Below the pieces are notes generated by a model that was not told the origin of the DNA, made no database searches, and saw only the letters and a list, made by a program, of their open reading frames with translations. From Nemertoderma westbladi (lineage: Eukaryota > Animalia > Xenacoelomorpha), in assembly GCA_032718475.1 (NCBI GenBank), contig JAUCBJ010008394.1:1-64000 (forward strand): 64,000 nt of DNA, read 5' to 3'. Made by a program: the position numbers and the translations under genes. Below are positions 23,241 through 37,115 of the stretch, piece by piece (position 1 is the stretch's first letter; each line of letters opens with the position of its first letter).

Positions 23241-25041
23241 TATTATTCTCGCCACATTCAATTAATCATGTCTTTTAATAATCTGTAATGATATATAAAT
23301 GCTACTTTTCCTAATTGCAGTACGAGTTTTTAAAAATATATTTATGGAGAAAACAATGGGAATTGAGGTTTCATATAACATAGCTGACCCTAAATTCTAA
23401 CAGCTATCAGGACTTTTAAAACTATTCATGCCCTTTTCAAACTAACCAAAGTTGACCTAAAAAGGCATCACTTCCAAAAAAGTGTTTACTATTCTGCAAT
23501 CTATATAGTGGTCTTTGTCTATGGGTCAGTTCAATCCTAAGCACAATGTCATTCTCAGAATATGGTGGTCATGGAGCTTCACTTCAATTCATTTAAATAA
23601 GTGAAGGCACATACACTCTCAACCATCACTCCCAACATTGGCTGCTTTCCATGAACTTTTGGAACATACATTTACACATACATACACAGTGTACAACCTT
23701 ATAGTGTTGAAAAACAACTTAATAAACTTTGAGATAATGCATCGAAGATAAACACTTGATTACAACTCTAAAGATATTGGTGAAGATCCAAATCTCACCA
23801 TAATTAAAGTTTGAACCATTGTCACTATATTATACAAACAATGGGTTAAATACATCACTATCAGCATGTTGCTGATAAGAATGACAATACATTGGATTCC
23901 TATTCACCAAATGCATCTTCAAAATCATTGTCTTGCGTAGCGATGTTAAACTCCTGCAGAGCAGGTTCACAGTTCTACCTTTTACCTTCCCCGGACACTT
24001 TGGCTGGGGACAGCAGTATTGCTTTAGGTACTTCAGACCTCTGAAACATACTTCTTTATTAACCTGCCTATGCACATTTGAATGAAATGAGTATATCTAT
24101 GTTTGCATCCCAGACAATTCATTAAGTTTGTTTTGGGGAGTTTACATCGCCTTTTTCTTTTCTTTGTTTAATTTGCCACTCTGGATAAACGACTCTATGG
24201 AGATATTTGCATATAATTTGCCTTTAATACCTACCCCATTATAAGCTAACACAACACAATACAAACCAGTAACCAATAATGGTGGTTGTCTTGGTTTTGA
24301 ATTACTCTATTTTTCATAACTGCGTATATCTTTTCAATATACAAGTCTAATTAATTCCCAAGCATGTTAAGCGAAGGAAGTGTTTGATAGTTATGGACTG
24401 TTCACCATAAGAGTTAGTTTTTTTACCACAATTATTTTTAACAAGCGAGTAAAAGCCTTTCAAATATATATATTATGCATATACAAAACCCACCACCACT
24501 GTCATTGCCTGGAAACTAAATTTTTTTTAATTATTTAGAATTATACTGCAGTATCCTCCAAATCAGGACCTCACACGAACACCCCTGGATCAGAGTCTTG
24601 GTAGTACGTGTGGCACCCTCCTTGCCTTTCAGGCAACATCCAAGAGAGTGGAGCCGTGGAGCCTTTAAGATACCTCCAGTGTTTCGTGTTCATACATTCA
24701 TCTATAATTTCACTTGGGTTCTTTTTTTTTACCATAAACCCTATAATAGTGGCCATTACTGGTGTCTTAGTGGTATTGGTAGGTATTAACCCTTCACTGA
24801 AGTGGCGCACTGCTTATAATTGCTTTTATTCTGTGATCGACATGCACTCGTTTCACACTAGTTCACACGAGCTAGAAGTTGACCAGAGTTGCCACAGCAT
24901 GATTCCTCAATACCAATAGCTATGCAGATTGTGTACATGACAATGTCATTGGTAACGAGTCTATCATGTATCAACCACATTTATATATCTCCATTCATGA
25001 CTATCTAGTCATTTAGTACATAATATTGTTGTAAAAAAGGT

Positions 25042-25220
25042 CACACTCTTTAAAGGCAACCAGGAGACTGTGCTCTCTACACCACCACTACAGTCCACAA
25101 CTCAAACTCAAATGTCGGAGTCTGCCTGGTCCACCAGCCAAACTCAAACTTTTGAGTTTGGGTTGTGGACTGTAGTGGTGTACAGTGCAGTCACCTGGTG
25201 TCCGGTTGCCTAAAGAGTGT
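25042..25220. repeat. Short hairpin MITE / inverted repeat
   Basis: CACACTCTTTA.AGGCAACC..CACCACTACAGTCCACAAC.CAAACTCAAA pairs with TTTGAGTTTG.GTTGTGGACTGTAGTGGTG..GGTTGCCTAAAGAGTGTG. Confidence 0.75.
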
Positions 25221-27358
25221 GTCTGTGGGGGGGGGGGGGGGGGGGGGGTGGTGATATCCACCGTTTGCCATCCTCATCACAATATGATCGACTGATGACA
25301 GTGAACAAATGCCCTTATGGGTGAGTGAGTACAAAACAAAGACCAAAGACACTGTACAAAGACCTGTGCAAAGCACATGTGTTAACTTTCCTTTATTGTT
25401 TTGGTTCTCCCAATACGCCTCTGTATCCTGCACCTTTTCCAACCTGTTCTTTCAAATTAAGATGCGGATGATCTAGCAAATGTCATGGGTCATGGTGACG
25501 CGCTTTCTCATTTTTTCTCTGTAAATATGTTTTTTCTCATTTTTTCCATTTCTCTGTAGGTCGGTTCTTGCCCAGGTCACTGGTCACTGGTATCATTAGA
25601 TAAAGAGTTTGTTTTCTTGGCTGGACCTATGTCTAAGCCAACAATTACAATTAATGATGAAAAAAAAAATCATCTTAGTTTTAATTAATCTTTGATGTTT
25701 TTCAATTTCTGAACAACTTATTACAATACCATTCATTAAAGTTGCATTAACAGCTCAACTACAATTCATTTATTTATTAAGGACCAAACATCAAAGTCTA
25801 ACATTTGTTGTCATATTAATGCAATTCATCTTCTATTGTAGGTACCAGTATCGGTATATATTCCGTCGTAAGATACACCATATGGAGGAAAAAATTAATA
25901 AATATGAGATACCCTATGATAATACAATACATTGTTACTATGTAAATACATATAATCCGGGAGATATAAGGGCTTTCCTTTGTGCAGAACCTTGCATATT
26001 TTCCAATATCCATTTTTGTTGTTGTTGTCCGGCGGTCCTCTCTTCCACATAGATTAAAAAAAATTTAATTAAAAAAAATGCAGCCCAAAATTTTAAATAA
26101 TAATGTTTAAGATATAATCAAATATGGCACAATGTAGGCCTTAATTTAAAAGTACCAAAAATAAGGTCCTAATAAGCTTAGTTGCATTGGTCCTAACAGG
26201 CTGATAGGCTATTCAAGTAGTTGTAGCTAGCATGCAGTGCAATAGTGCCTGCAAGGCCATTTGTGCCTGCCTAGCAGCTAGGCATTCCGGTAACAGTTTG
26301 TTTCAGTTTGTCATCAGTTTAGTCTGTGCAACAGTAGGCCTAGGTTTAGGCCCAAGGCGTACAATGTACCAGTAGTTTCAATTTGTCAGTCCTGTTAGTC
26401 TGTACAGCTGAGGACTAGACGGTCTGAAACATAACAATGGGATGTACACTGTACAGTAGGCCTATGATGGAGGGACCATGACTTTGCAGTTGTTGTTGCA
26501 TTGGCTTTAGATTCTAAAGAGGAGGCCATTGTAATAAGCATGTAACTTTTGTAAATATTAATGTGTCACAGGGTGTAATTTTGAGACTCAATAGTCGGGC
26601 AAATAGTAGCTGCCACAGTAAAAACTTACTCAGTTTATCAATACTGATAATGCGTTTAGAAGCACTACAGGTAGGGGTGCATCAGAAGAGAAAGCCATGA
26701 TTGTAGAACTACAGTAGGCTGCTCAGCCTACTGTAGTGACATGTAATAACTACAGTAGTGAGTGACTGTAGTAATAACAACTGACAGTTTATTTGCTTCC
26801 AATGTAATTTTTTAAAATGTTTTTTAAATTATAATCAGATGTCTTTAGCAAGTATACAAGTTGTATAGTATAGCATTTAAGATTTAAAAGCTTATTTAAT
26901 AATTGCATTTAATAATTCGTATTAAAAAAGGTGGGAAATTCAAAAAATTTGAGTTGATTTCTAATGGCAGTGATTTTTTATGTCCTTTTATTTGACTTTT
27001 TTTGTCCTCCTTTTTTTACGAATTGTGCATAATGACTTTTGTTGTCCCTTTAATGACTTTTGTTGTCCTTTTAATGACTTTTTATTGTATTTCTTAAAAC
27101 TGTCAGACTGCTGATTTCTGGACTGTCAGACAGTTGATTTCAACATGCCTATGCCAAAACATTCAAAATTTGTTGATTTCTGGTCTGTCGGACAGTTGGT
27201 TTCACTATGCCTGTGCCAAAACATTCCATGATTTATAGACTATGAGATAGATTTCCATATGCGCCTGTGGTAAAAGACTCTAAATTTAATAGTTTGTGGT
27301 TGTTGTCGATAATCGATTACCACATGACGTAGCAAAACACTCTATAGCCAAAAACAAT

Positions 27359-27950
27359 TACCAATTGATGGAAAGGAGCAGGTTAAGACCGAATTTTCTA
27401 ACCCAAACAATAAACAGTCACTTTACCAAATGAAGGAAAGGAGCAGGTTACAGAGGCGGGATTTTCTAACCAAAACAATAAACAGTCACTTTAGCAAATC
27501 AGGGAAAGGAACAGGTTACAGAGACGGGATTTTCTAACCAAAACAATAAACGATAACATTACCAATTGAGAGAAAGGAGCAGGTTACAGAGGCGGGATTT
27601 TCTAACCAAAACAATAAACAATCACTTTACCAAATCAGGGAAAGGAGCAGGTTACAGAGACGGAATTTCTAACCAAAACAATAAACGATAACATTACCAA
27701 TTGAGAGAAAGGAGCAGGTTACAGAGGCGGGATTTCCTAACCAAAACAATAAACGATCACTTAACTAATTGAGGGAAAGGGGCAGGTTACAGAGGCGGGA
27801 TTTTCTAACCAAAACAATAAACAGTCACTTTACAAAATGAAGGAAAGGAGCAGGTTACAGAGGCGGGCCTTTCTAACCAAAACAATAAACGGCCACTTTA
27901 CCAAATCAGGGAAAGGAGCAGGTTACACAGGCGGGATTTTCTAACCAAAT
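27359..27950 (+). repeat. 68-bp minisatellite, 9 units
   Basis: GAAAGGAGCAGGTTACAGAGGCGGGATTTTCTAACCAAAACAATAAAC recurs at 27371, 27436, 27504, 27572, 27640, 27707, 27775, 27843 and 27911. Confidence 0.95.
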
Positions 27951-28096
27951 CAACCGGTAGGCCTACCAGTACCGTATTTAAATGGTTGGCTACACAGTAG
28001 GCCTACAGCAGTACTGGTGCCGGTACCGGTACTAAAATACCTGCTTTATACCTACTTCTGTACATGCAATACTGCAAAATAGTGCTCTATATACTA

Positions 28097-28292
28097 ATAC
28101 CGGTACTGATAGCCTGAGAGAACAGCAGTAGAGAAACCGGTAGCATGGAACCTAACGGTAAATTTCTGGAGGACATAAAAAGTAAAAAAAAAAACGAATA
28201 CCGGTACTGATAGCCTGAGAGAACAGCAGTAGAGAAACCGGTAGCATGGAATCTAACGGTAGATTTCTGGAGGACATAAAAAGTAAAAAAAA
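28097..28292 (+). repeat. ~101-bp tandem duplication
   Basis: ATACCGGTACTGATAGCCTGAGAGAACAGCAG...GGACATAAAAAGTAAAAAAA occurs twice. Confidence 0.9.
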
Positions 28293-28524
28293 GGACAAAA
28301 AAAGGATTTAAACGGACAATACAAATTATTGCGATTTTTAATTGTGCTGTTACCCTGCCATTCTATTATTTATTGCAGCTTTGAAATATATAAATAATAT
28401 TATTTATAATATTTTGGAGCGCCAAAGTTATTGAATTAACATCTAAAAAGCCATTAGAAGCATTTGTGAAGCAAAACCATTTGGAAAAAATAAATATTAA
28501 TAATACCTTTCTAAAGAGTTTGAA

Positions 28525-28880
28525 TTGCCAGTTAGGAAGGCAGCTCAAAAACCTCGACCATCAATGAAGAATCTCAGGGATACGAAATTATTCTGCCAGA
28601 AATCCAAAGAAAGATTGGGAAAAGGTGTCACAGTTCACAGAGATTCGATTGGTTGTTTTGTCGGATGCCTTGAGGGTGAACGACGGAATCCAAAGTATAC
28701 CATGAAGACTGTGAAGAATCAGCCAAAGGTTATGGTTTGTTCGCGCTTCTGTGCAAGAGTGCAGGGTAGAATGTGGTTTATGCCTAAATGCACCACACTT
28801 ATTAATGGTCCCCATTATAAAGAAGTCCTGGATGAATGACTCATTCCAGCAATGGTGGCTCTTGCAGCAACCACATTTCA
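28525..28880 (+). pseudogene. Tc1-like transposase relic
   Basis: RKAAQKP, GERRNPKYTMKTVK..KVMV and INGPHYKEVL resemble Tc1 transposase segments. Truncated. Confidence 0.65.
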
Positions 28881-30449
28881 ACATTTTTCAATATCATATT
28901 TGCACTACTTGTTTTTTCATGCCCCAGGGGGCACATTCGAAATTACGAAAAAATGTCTCGAATGTTATTATATTTGAGTTCTATAATCGTGATAAGTGTC
29001 CAAAAAAACCGCTATATACTGCAAATAAATTAATTTTAGTGAGCCATAAAATCTTTTGAAAGTTTTCACACAAAAAATACTGGAGATGGGTGCCTGAACA
29101 CAGCACGAAAACTAACATAGCGATGTAAATGGTGTTTGCTCTGTTGGATAGCCCATTAAATTTTAGGAAAAGTTGATGTACTGTACATTGTACAACATCA
29201 CTACATGTTGTTGTAATGCCCTAGGTTGATGGCACATACAACCTCACTACGTGATGTTGTAGTGCACATATGTCCAATACGATATACTGAGTTTTATGTG
29301 GGTGCTTCTAGTAATATGTCTGATAAGGACTATATTGAGAATAGTCTGTTAACCATTACTAATTGATAAGTATATAAGAAGTATACTTTATTTAAGTATA
29401 ATTGGAGTTACTCCATAACAAATGAATACCAATAACTTTCCTGTTTTGTGTCATATTGTGCAGCAATAAATCTAATCTGATCTCTATCATTGCAATTCAT
29501 CCAAGCAATGTGATCGACAATTATGAAGCACCCTATAACCAAAGAAAGCTGGGTAGCTCAGTTAGTTGGGCACCAAACTTTCAATATATTGGCTGTAGCT
29601 TTGAGTCCAGCCAGGATACTAGGGTAACGGTGGCCGATAAAATGACGACCAGTTAAATTTCCGGAAGAAAACATGGGATAGGACTAGTACCGGGTAGCAG
29701 CTATTGAGAGATGAGCCTTTGTCGGGTCGCCTCTGACTTCTGCTATTACCAAAGCCCAGCTCCACCCTTGAATCCGACCACTTAAAAAAATGTCTGTCCC
29801 ACTACAGACTGTATGCATCAGCCTGTTCAACTTTGTATATATATAGCAAGCTACATTGTGGATTGAACAAACATGGTAACAAGTCAATGACCTCCTCCTT
29901 GTTTCAAGTTTCAATGTTTGCTCATGGGCACTACTGGACTTAATAACATTGTGGGGTGTATTGCTGACCTGTGACAATGGGTTTTGGTAATTGGTAATGT
30001 GCAACATATAAACTCACTGTTAATGCAAATGGATAGGGGTGCACCAAATAGCAATTTTTGACTCCAGCCGGATTGTATCCCCCATGAATTGTTCCAGATA
30101 GCCAACCAGTTGGATGTCTGGCAAGATATTAAATACTTTTATTTGCAGGATATAACAATGGGCAATCATTGCCCTATATATATGGAGTAAATTATCAGTT
30201 ATATTTGAAGCTAAATATAACGAACCCATTTATAGAAAACTTAAATAAAGAGACTTTCAATAAACCATATTATAAGAGGTGGTAAAAAATTTATTCGTAC
30301 TAGTTTGCATTGCATTCGGTTTATAATCACTTCCCCAACTACGTAGGTAAAAATTAAATGATTTAGCAACCTCTTAATTGTCTATTAATATTTACCATAT
30401 AAATAGCAAGTGATACAGGTATATGCAATATACATACACAGTATAGAAT

Positions 30450-31758
30450 ATGTCAGATGAGGAGGCTCCCGTAACCTCAAGTTCAATGAATGATAGTCAA
30501 ACAAATCAAAATGACCATCGAAAAGGCTGGAGACTTTATATGTTAGTGGCCATGTTGCTGATGTATCAAATGATACCGGGTTGGTGTCATAATCTATTAG
30601 AGTCCTTCTTCCCAATTGTTGTTGAAGAACGTGGTTGGTCAAAGACTCTGATTGGTGCATTACTTTCAACGCTTTCAATGGTGAGACTTCCAATATTTCT
30701 AACTTGCACTCATTCTGTTAACAATTGGGGAACTCATATCTCTTTGGGTCTATTTGGCATCATTGGAGCTGTTTCCCAGTTAGCATTTGGGTTTGTAGAA
30801 TATATTCCTAATCATAGCAACGGATTATATATATTTGTTTGTTTTTCACTTCGCATCATCGAAGCTGTTGGTCTCAATATCAGTTTTATGTATTCATTCA
30901 GTTTATTGATGGAAATGTGGCCGGCCCAAAGAACTTTATTAGCCAGTGCAGCAGTTACTTGTAGCAGCCTGGGATACATGCTTGCACCGGTTTTTGGTTC
31001 TACAGTTTTTGCTGCTTTGGGTTTTGAATTCCCATTTATAATTATCAGGTTTGATGTTTCTCATGATAGTCCTTTACTGTTGGATAGAGTCGCCAGCTTA
31101 CATTCAAGACAGATGTGAATCTAAAGAAATTAGACCGACTTATCTTGGGGTTCTGAAGAATCCAGCAATAATGCTTATATTTATTTTGCAAACATATTGG
31201 ATAATGCTTGCACAATTTACTCTTGCCAATTATGCTGCCTACATTCATCACACCTACAATGTGAACCAGTATAATATTGGTCGAATTTATATGATATTTC
31301 CTAGTATCCAAACCTTTACAGGTGTAATAATGAGTTTCATCATGAAGAAATTGATGACTACCTTACCAACAGTAATAGGAGTAATGGTAGTAGCAGTGTC
31401 AATGCAACTAATAGGGCCTACAGAACTTCTTGGTTTACCTCATTATCTCTCAATCTCTGTCACTGGATGTGCATTCCTCGGGCTCGGTATAGGATTATTC
31501 ATGACCCCTGCACTGGAAACGCAAACACAACTGGCTGTGAATGTCTGTGGTTACCGAGACAACGTTGACACCAGATCTCTCCTCCAACAAATGTTTCGAA
31601 TTTCAATGTCAAGTGGAATAATTACAGGTCCCGTTTTTGGAGGATTTCTCAATGATTATTTTGGAATGCAAACAGCCTGTTCGATTCTCAGTCTGTTGGG
31701 GTTGCCTTTTCTTTTCTCTTTAGTGGCTGTGTTTGCTTTTCGATTTCGTGTTGGCTAG
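30450..31758 (+). pseudogene. SLC18B1-like MFS paralog with one +1 frameshift (pseudogene or sequence error)
   Basis: Collinear with the other two copies. ATAATTATCA at ~31038-31047 versus ATAATATC(A/G) in the intact copies. 1309 bp = 436 codons + 1. Confidence 0.85.
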
Positions 31759-34221
31759 TTTTGCTAGGCGAATTTTAAATGAATTTTGTTGTATTTTGCT
31801 CTTTTGATAATAGTTTGAATTTAATTAGGGCTATTGGTTTTATGGTTCGTACCTTACTAAATCCTACTAAATTTAATTAACAAATAAATGTTTATTCTTG
31901 ATATTGTAAAACCGAAACACTTTATCGTTAGGTAGCTAATTTTAACAATAGTCATTCAAATTATGTATAAAAAAGCCACCTCCATTTACATTATAACAAT
32001 TATATTAACATTATAATGTTTAATTAGTAAATTATTATGTTTTATTTTAGTTATTGAGAAATAATTATATCTACTATTTATTCAGAACATAAATAACTGC
32101 AGAATATTGGAATCGAATAGTCTATTTTATTTATGTTCGACATACAGACAAGCACAGACAACACATACCCACCACCAGATAGTACATTGTTCATAGCCTG
32201 GTGACTGACAGAAGAGTGACAGAGAGTACCAGTACCAGTTGGATAAAACCACTACCAAGCTGGGTGTCACTTAAACTTGAACTTTATTGCCATCAATTGA
32301 TACATTTAATACATGATGCACCCAAGGAAAAAAGGCAAACACTATAGATTAGAGAGATACCAGTCTAATGAAATGACTTATATAAGAGGGCAGAAAGTGG
32401 CGGAATGTTATACATACAAAGGTGTAGTAGTTCGTTGATTTTAATTCAGAGAGGCTTTAGTTTTTTGTTTTTTGTTATGTCCATTCCCTGTTTTATACTT
32501 TTTTGTGAGTATTTTTTACGTATATAGCATGACTTTTGACTTTTTATGTCCGTATTTCTTCAAACAGTCACTCAGTTGATTTCACATTGTCCGTGTCAAA
32601 GGCATTCAAATTCGTTGAAATATGGACTGTCAGATGAGATTATTGTAGTATTTGAAAAATATGATTTATGGACAGTGAGATAGAATTCCTTATGACAGTG
32701 GTAAAAGACTCTAGATTTTATGATTTCTGGACGTTCAGGGCCCCAACTGATTAGGTTATCTGTTCGGAGAACACTGAAACTGTGGCCGGCCACGGAACTA
32801 GTCTTCCAAATAGGGTTATATAGAATTCTGGAAGTTGTGGATGGGACGGAGCAATCTCAGTAACTAAGCGAAAGCGAATAATAAGATGTCCCTAGACCCC
32901 CCTGCCCAAATTTAGTTACAAGACTTTTTGCCATATATAATATGTTTAAAAAAGTCTATAGTTCTCCGGCTAGGGCCCATTTGAGTAAAAAAATACACTT
33001 CCCTAGCAACCTTGTTGCAATGGAGCTACAGTCAACGGCTAATGCTACAAACTTGGGACTGGCGCCAAACTGTAGACAGCATATGGTTTTAATGGAGAAG
33101 CGTTATTTTCTAAGCTGCCTGATTGTGATATTGGCCACGATCAGCAAAGATCGTTTTTGATCACATGACACGGACAAGATCACGGACACTCAGGAATTGC
33201 TACATGGAAAAATTTTCAATCGCAAAAAGATTCCTCGCCATCGATTTAGTGGCGGGTCCCTTCCTGCTCAAAACTATCCTTCCTGCTCAAAACTATTCTA
33301 TCTTCTATTCTATCTACTTCATAAAATCGTAACTTAAGCATGTTGGGATTAAACAATTACTGTAAGAAACGTTCACAGCACCGTCGATAAAAAAAAATTG
33401 GCTTGATCGGTCACCAACTGGTTCTCGAGATATGCTTCCTGATCATAAAAGATTTTTTTCGATCAGTTTCGGTTGTTTCAGAAGTACTGCAAAACTACCA
33501 ATGAGACCCCCGACTTTTTTTTATTTATTGACTACTATGGGACAGGGGCAACTTTGGTATATTTTCCAAAAAGGAATCTGGTCAGGCCATGATCAGGAAA
33601 GATCATGTTTTTGGTGTTTTTTCAAAGATCAAGTCCTCTAAGTTCATTGTATGGAAAAACTTAACATTACAAAAGGATTCCTCACCCTCGACTTAAGGGA
33701 GGGGGGGGGGGGGGTGTGGGGTAGGCAAAATTTGGTTATAAACATTCAATTCTAGGGGGTCAAAACTGAAGATCATGATCACGCAAAGACCAGTCACGCT
33801 AAAATCGAATCTAAGCATTTTTCTAATAGACATTCATTCTAAGAAATTCTGTCCATTCTGAGTTGATAAAACAAATTGGCTCAAATGGCCCAGCGGTTCT
33901 CGAGATAGCCTTCGTCACTTTCGTGATCAAAAGTGCCAAAATGTCCCCAAGCAATGTGCATTGCTATGGAGCAACAGCCACAACGGCTAATGCTACGGAC
34001 TTCGGACCGGCCCAAACTGTAGGCAGCATAATGTTTCTATGGAAAATTGTTATTTTCTAAGCTGCCCGATCATGATCTTGGCAGCGATCAGAAAGATCAT
34101 TTATGATCAAAAATTGAACACAGAAGAATTGCCCCTATTGAAAAAGTTTCAATCACAAAAAGATTCAGCACTATAGATTTGGTGGGGGTAGTCAAAATCT
34201 GGAAAGAAAAAATCAATTCTG

Positions 34222-34862
34222 AAAAATATCGAGTGTTGAAAAATATCGAGAGTAAAAATAACGAGTGTTGAAAAATATCGAGAGTAAAAATAACAAGTGG
34301 TGAGAAATATCGAGTGTTGAAAAATATCGAGAGTAAAAATATCGATTGTTGAAAAATATCGAGAGTAAAAATAACGAGTGTTGAAAAATATATTGTTGAA
34401 AAGTATCGAGAGTAAAAATAACGAGTGTTGAAAAATATAGTGAGTAAAATTATCGATTTTTGAAAAATATCGAGAGTAAAAATAACGAGTGTTGAAAAAT
34501 ATAGAGTGTTGAAAAATATCGAGAGTAAAAATATCGAGAGTAAAAATATCGAGTGTTGAAAAATATCGAGAGTAAAAATCACAAGTGTTGAAAAATATCG
34601 AGTATTGAAAAATATAGAGAGTAAAAATATTGAGTGTAAAAATATCGAGAGTAAAAATATCGAGAGTAAAAATATCGAGTGTTGAAAAATATCGAGAGTA
34701 AAAATAACGAGTGTTGAAAAATATCGAGAGTCAAAATAACGAGTGTTGAAAAATATCGAGTGTTGAAAAATATCGAGAGTAAAAATATCGATTGTTGAAA
34801 AATATCGAGAGTAAAAATATCGAGTGTTGAAAAATATATAGTGTTGAAAAATAACGAGTGTT
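34222..34862 (-). repeat. AAAAATATCGAGAGT / GTTGAAAAATATCGAG minisatellite
   Basis: Dozens of 14-16-bp units, which explain the spurious ORF at 34097-34870. Confidence 0.95.
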
Positions 34863-35093
34863 GCTATCAATTTTGATAAATATTACAGAACAAAAATATT
34901 TTAGTTCTAGATCACATTATTACTTTTTTAAAATAGCTAGTATTTTCTACTTCTTTTTATAAATGTTATGGAACACATGTAAGCTACCAATCTTGATAAA
35001 TATTTTTGTTTTAGAACACATTTTTTGTACGAGAACATTTTTAGGAAAAAAATTATCATACTGTACATGTACAACCCTTATTAAAAAACTTGT

Positions 35094-35535
35094 TACTCTC
35101 AATATTTTTCAACACTCAGATATTTTTACTCTCAATATTTTTCAACACTCGATATTTTTCAATAATCGATATTTTTACTCTCGATATTTTTCAACACTCG
35201 ATATTTTACAACACTTGATATTTTTACTCTCGATATTTTTCAACACTCGATATTTTTACTCTCGATATTTTTCAACACTCGATATTTTTACTCTCAATAT
35301 TTTTCAACACTCGATATTTTTACTCTCGATATTTTCACACTCGATATTTTTTGAACTCTCGATATTATCGTTATTTGTCAATACTCAATATTTTTACTGT
35401 TGATATTTTTACTCTCGATATTTTAATTCTCGATATTTTTTGAACTCTCGATATTATCGTTATTTTTCAACACTCGATATTTTTACTCACGTTATTTTTA
35501 CTCTCGACATTTTTCATGTCTCGGTATTTTTCAAT
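35094..35535 (+). repeat. The same minisatellite in the opposite orientation
   Basis: ACTCTCGATATTTTT / CAACACTCGATATTTTT units. Confidence 0.95.
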
Positions 35536-35740
35536 GTTACCGGCTATAGAGAGTGCACCAATGGTTGCTTACTGGGTCTTCAGATAGTCAATTTCCATAT
35601 ACCTGTAGCGAAGCACTCATTTTCTAACCAATATAACCAATATATGAATCTAACTTATTATAAATTTTATTTTTTTCTTATTTTTTTTCTAAATACCATA
35701 ACAAAATATTTTGTCGACAAGCCGGCACAGCATTCTTAAT

Positions 35741-36135
35741 ATATATGTAATATATAAATTATTGTAGGAAGATATATTACTTGAATATATAAGAAACCGC
35801 CGTGGGATAAGGGATCCGGTTTAGTGTATATATATTTGTAAGCATAAAATAATAAATAAATAAAATATTATTTTAAATAAACCTAGATCGACCTCAGAAA
35901 AAATTATAAGTGATTTTTTTTTTTTTTTTTTTTTTATAATAAGAAAAAATTCATATAGTATATTAATATATTTATATTATATTTTTATTTTTTATTATTT
36001 TTTTTGTTCATATATTAGTGATAAAGTAATATATGAATTTTTTCTGAGGTCGATCTAGGTTTATTTAAAATAAAATAATATTTTATTTATTTATTATTTT
36101 ATGCTTACAAATATATATGTAATATATATATATAA
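35741..36135. mobile_element. AT-rich palindromic insert splitting an RTE 3' tail
   Basis: Inverted arms at 35832-35905 and 36036-36115. Flanked by GCCGGCACAGCATTCTTAA on the left and GCTGCAATGCAGCATGCTGATCGTAGTAATAGTAGT on the right. Confidence 0.65.
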
Positions 36136-36427
36136 TAATGCTGCAATGCAGCATGCTGATCGTAGTAATAGTAGTTCCATTATTGGAAAATTAACAATTC
36201 AATGGCAGATGGAGTCTGTCACCCTCAGGATGCGCAGTAGTTTTCTTTTTTAGTAGTTTTTAGTAGTTTTTGTTTTCTGTTTTCTTGTCGTCGACTAAAA
36301 GGGAGGATGAAAACTATGTCACGTTCCTATAATTTCATATCAACAGAATCTATATAATATCATCTTGCTTTTGTCACAAAAATGAATGGAAGAAGAACAT
36401 CTGGGATCAATGGTCAACTAAAATGAA

Positions 36428-37115
36428 TTAGTGGGTCATGACAATTGCGACCAGCAACCTCTGCAGGAGGAACAAGTGGGAGCGAGGCTCTTTGGTTGAG
36501 TCTCTCAGCCTCGACCCCATCACTGCCAGGAACTCTTCTGTTTCAGGTCCTGCCCGGCCCATCGTTTCAAAGGCTACTGGACGGAACAGGTAGCCTCTGT
36601 CCATCAGTTCACCATACTTCTTGTTCTTCCGGACCTCCGCTTCCTCGGCTGCGCTTCCTCCACCAGAAGAGAGTGTACGAGATGTATGGCTGGCTGCCAG
36701 GGGTCCACCACAGTTGCGTCCCATGTTAGTGTTCTTCCTCTGGACCACGGCACTAGGGTGACTCCATCGACTCTTTTGCCATCAATGCGGCAGAGACCCG
36801 GGGGCTCCAGCATGGTGGGGATGTCGCAGGTAGTGAGAGCACGCTTTACAATTTCATTAATCATGGTGTGCCTGGGAAAACGTCCAGCGCTCCGTTGGCA
36901 GGAAAGGCCATGGAGCCCATTAGCTGCAACGGGAGACCCACAACGGGTGCAGGGGTGAGGCTCGGTTACATGGCAGCCAAGTCGGGTGGCAATGGTAATC
37001 CGGAACTGTGTATCACTAAGCTTCAGCCCCAACGCCTGTGAAGGTATGGCATCCAGCCAGCAGCCGGAGATTGGGTTGGAGACACTGTTGAGCCTGGCTC
37101 TGTCTGAGGGTGATG
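36428..37115 (-). mobile_element. CRE-clade non-LTR retrotransposon 3' fragment (zinc knuckle + restriction-like endonuclease), frameshifted
   Basis: CTRCG..HGLSC..RH..IN..EPPGL.R.DGKRVDGVTLVPW..G..L.WDATVVD, then KKY..L..F.PVAFET.G. Confidence 0.85.

Noticed and set aside
27359-27950. CRISPR-like repeat/spacer look
   Set aside because: The 'spacers' are variants of each other, there are no cas genes and the context is eukaryotic; it is a minisatellite.
34097-35739. Hydrophobic ORFs of 257, 146 and 99 aa (also 4858-5212)
   Set aside because: These are translations of the stop-free minisatellite.
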